Source of the DNA: Candidatus Micrarchaeia archaeon
GTDB lineage: Archaea; Micrarchaeota; Micrarchaeia; Burarchaeales; JACRGF01
Length of the DNA stretch: 64,000 nucleotides
Direction of reading: 5' to 3'
Assembly (NCBI GenBank): GCA_038890815.1
Contig: JAWAFC010000001.1
Coordinates: 135 to 64,134, forward strand
The notes under the pieces were generated by a model. That model was not told the origin of the DNA and did not search any database. It saw only the letters and a program-made list of their open reading frames with translations. This document shows, in pieces, positions 61,896 to 64,000 of this stretch; within the stretch, counting starts at the first letter, position 1, and the number at the start of each line of letters is the position of its first letter. Both the position numbers and the translations under genes were made by a program.

Positions 61896-63146
61896 ATGAG
61901 GGGAGAGGTCAAACAAAAAGTAGATAGAAAATTCGAAAATTTTATTAGAAAGATTAACCAAGTTTTTGACAGAATCTTCCCACCTCCCCTTCAGCCAGCC
62001 TATGCATTTGCAAACTGCCCTCCCCTTGTTGAGGTTGAAAGCCGACCTCTCACTTCGGTAATGGAATTTAGCACCGGCCCATTTCCAGATGGATTGAGCA
62101 AAAAGATTGCAAAATGGCAGGAAATTCCTCCACACAACATTTACACGGCTCAGCGGGAAGTGGCAAAACTTCGCCATGCTGATGGAGCCTGCCATGAGTA
62201 TATAGCCTTTCACGCTGCCAAACTAAGTGGCAAGCCAGAAGCCATTAATCACACCTGGCAGATAATGGTAGGTGCGCTGGCAGAAGACTATATCTTCAGG
62301 CCTGGTGAGAAACTTGAGGATCTGTTTGTTAAGGCACCATCTGAGCCTTTCAAAAGTGGTAGGGAATTTGCTCAGCGCTATTTAAACCAGAAGGTCGGCC
62401 CGCTTCAAGGAATTTTTATGGGGGTTGCTAAATTATGGAGAAAATTGGTGGGTGAGGCGATTGAGGCCGATCCCATCAACAGGCCGTATATGGCTCACTT
62501 CTATGATCCTACGCGCGCCGAAGGGGACAGGGGATTGAGCATTCAAAATGGGGAAATTAAATTCCAGAGCGCGCTTGACAGGATAAAAATTTTCTGGGAT
62601 TGGGGAATGAAGCTATATGCGAGCGGTGAAAAGCCAGAGGCCTTTTGCGTGCTCGGCCACATCCTCCATCTTATAGCCGATCTCCATGTGCCCGCCCATG
62701 TGCATAACGATATTCATGGCCCAACAGTATTTTTTGGAAAGCTCGATTCGCTCGAGCAATGGCTAAAGAAGAGGGATTACCCTGATATCAGGCGCGGGAG
62801 GGGAAAAATGAACATAACTATTTGGGATAGCGGTCCCCTAGAACCACCGAAAGAAGATCCCAGCTGGACTTGGGAGAATGCTAAGGAAAAACTCGCTGAT
62901 TTTGTCGATAACATGGCAAGAGAAACGCAAAAGTTCAGGAGCGTCGATGTGCCCGGCACCGACCCATCTCAAAATAAAATCGGAAAATTAAGCGATGAGG
63001 AATGCTTTGCACAAGCAAACGTACTTATCCCACGGGCCATTCAGAACTCCGCAATAATTATAGCTCGTTTTATTGAATGTGCCAGTGAATATCGTATCAG
63101 TAAACTAATTGAAAAACATTGCACGTCTCTAAGCTCAAACACCTAA
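61896..63146 (+). CDS. Zinc-dependent phospholipase C-family (PLC/S1-P1 nuclease fold) protein
   Basis: 416 aa in a lower-GC segment. AHFYDP matches the DHFWDP motif, and LGHILHLIADLHVPAHVHND matches HYFGDIDTPYHPAN of clostridial/Bacillus zinc PLCs. Confidence 0.6.
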   Translation: MRGEVKQKVDRKFENFIRKINQVFDRIFPPPLQPAYAFANCPPLVEVESRPLTSVMEFSTGPFPDGLSKKIAKWQEIPPHNIYTAQREVAKLRHADGACHEYIAFHAAKLSGKPEAINHTWQIMVGALAEDYIFRPGEKLEDLFVKAPSEPFKSGREFAQRYLNQKVGPLQGIFMGVAKLWRKLVGEAIEADPINRPYMAHFYDPTRAEGDRGLSIQNGEIKFQSALDRIKIFWDWGMKLYASGEKPEAFCVLGHILHLIADLHVPAHVHNDIHGPTVFFGKLDSLEQWLKKRDYPDIRRGRGKMNITIWDSGPLEPPKEDPSWTWENAKEKLADFVDNMARETQKFRSVDVPGTDPSQNKIGKLSDEECFAQANVLIPRAIQNSAIIIARFIECASEYRISKLIEKHCTSLSSNT

Positions 63147-63291
63147 TAAGCCCGCTTCTGCGTGCCAATTTTTCCCCTTAATACTGTAACAGTGAACCGC
63201 AAAATGTTTTTGGAAAAACGCACTTGATACGTAGTTTACTGAAGTGATGTTAAGGCAACACATTAAAAAATTATAAGTCAAAAAGAGCAAT

Positions 63292-63714
63292 ATGCCGCTC
63301 GAGTTTTCTTCAGGAGCTGTTGTCTTCAGAAGGGAGAATGGACAAATTCTTTACCTTATCCTGCATTATGAGGAGGGACATTGGGACTTTCCAAAGGGGA
63401 AGATCGAAAAAGGGGAAAGTATAGAGGCCACAGCCAGAAGGGAGATTGCAGAAGAAACTGGGATAACTGATGTGGAGTTTGTTCCTGGTTTTCGCGAGAA
63501 GCTAAAGTATTTTTTCAGAAGGGAGGGAAAAACAATTGCCAAAACTGTTTATTTTCAGCTTGCTGAAACAAAGCAGAAGGAAGTCAAACTTTCTTTCGAG
63601 CATATTGGTTTTGAGTGGTTGCCTTTCGAAAAAGCCATAGAGAGACTTACTTTTGAAAATGCAAAAAAATTATTAGAAAAATCTAATAATTTCTTGAAAA
63701 AGGAGAGAGTGTGA
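63292..63714 (+). CDS. Nudix hydrolase
   Basis: 140 aa. Nudix box GKIEKGESIEATARREIAEETGI. Confidence 0.85.
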   Translation: MPLEFSSGAVVFRRENGQILYLILHYEEGHWDFPKGKIEKGESIEATARREIAEETGITDVEFVPGFREKLKYFFRREGKTIAKTVYFQLAETKQKEVKLSFEHIGFEWLPFEKAIERLTFENAKKLLEKSNNFLKKERV

Positions 63715-64000
63715 AACTGGCCAAAAAGGAGCTGGCTGAGCTGGCAAAGCAAATCCGGGCATGTCGTCTGTGCAGGCTCTCTAAATCGAGAAAAAACGCT
63801 GTGCCTGGGGAGGGGCCTGCAGATGCTAAGCTGTTTTTTGTTGGGCAAGCGCCGGGCAGGAAGGAGGATGAGAGCGGGAAGCCCTTTGTTGGGATGGCTG
63901 GAAAGTTTTTGGACAAACTACTGGCAAAAGTTGGAATAGCGCGGGGTGAGGTCTTCATAACTTCTGCGGTCAAATGCTTTCCGCCGAAAAACAGGAAGCC
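63711..64000 (+). CDS. udg: Family 4 uracil-DNA glycosylase (3' end lies outside the window)
   Basis: GTG at 63711 overlaps the Nudix stop (GTGA). CRLCRL...VPGEGPADAKLFFVGQAPG...GKPFVGMAGKFL...ITSAVKC are the family 4 UDG Fe-S and active-site motifs. Confidence 0.85.
   Translation, partial: MKLAKKELAELAKQIRACRLCRLSKSRKNAVPGEGPADAKLFFVGQAPGRKEDESGKPFVGMAGKFLDKLLAKVGIARGEVFITSAVKCFPPKNRK

Overview
This is a densely coded, moderately GC-rich stretch of archaeal chromosome. No rRNA genes, CRISPR array, transposase or integrase are visible. All calls come from reading the translated ORFs for motifs I recognise; no database search was possible.

Archaeal hallmarks:
- CDP-archaeol synthase, ribosomal protein L10e, class I CCA-adding enzyme, RibL-type FAD synthase
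- MJ1184-type riboflavin synthase, beta-CASP and RNase J-like nucleases, SMC, Mre11
- Many class III (type IV pilin-like) signal peptides
- TATA-like boxes about 25-30 nt upstream of start codons, suggesting leaderless or short-leader mRNAs

Recognisable modules:
- Five-gene riboflavin operon ribB-ribC-ribH-ribA-ribD (9.5-12.8 kb)
- YggS, 3-hexulose-6-phosphate synthase, and aconitase-family dehydratase small plus large subunits
- An operon of beta-CASP nuclease, GT4 glycosyltransferase and an unannotated 55-aa LysW-like zinc ribbon
- ADP-forming acetyl-CoA synthetase beta and alpha subunits
- Mre11 and a ThiI-like protein
- tRNA-Gln(CUG) next to a complex repeat field
- CarS and SppA
- A five-gene pilin-like operon (31.7-35.3 kb), plus two further dispersed pilin genes
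- An smc, kinase and M24 peptidase operon
- cca, gatCAB, ribL and rpl10e
- A seven-gene glycine-cleavage, lipoylation and E3 cluster (55.3-61.9 kb)
- A lower-GC tail (judged by eye) with a zinc phospholipase C-like protein and a Nudix hydrolase, followed by a partial family-4 UDG

About fifteen ORFs are orphans with no motif I can name.

Most interesting candidates:
- The ATPase-less pilin-like operon
- A CBS-domain protein fused to an HPF/RaiA-like C-terminal domain
- The multi-family repeat and hairpin field beside tRNA-Gln
- A HEAT-repeat plus HExxH orphan
- The LysW-like mini-ORF
- A ThiI paralog lacking the PP-loop
- A PLC-like enzyme in an ether-lipid organism
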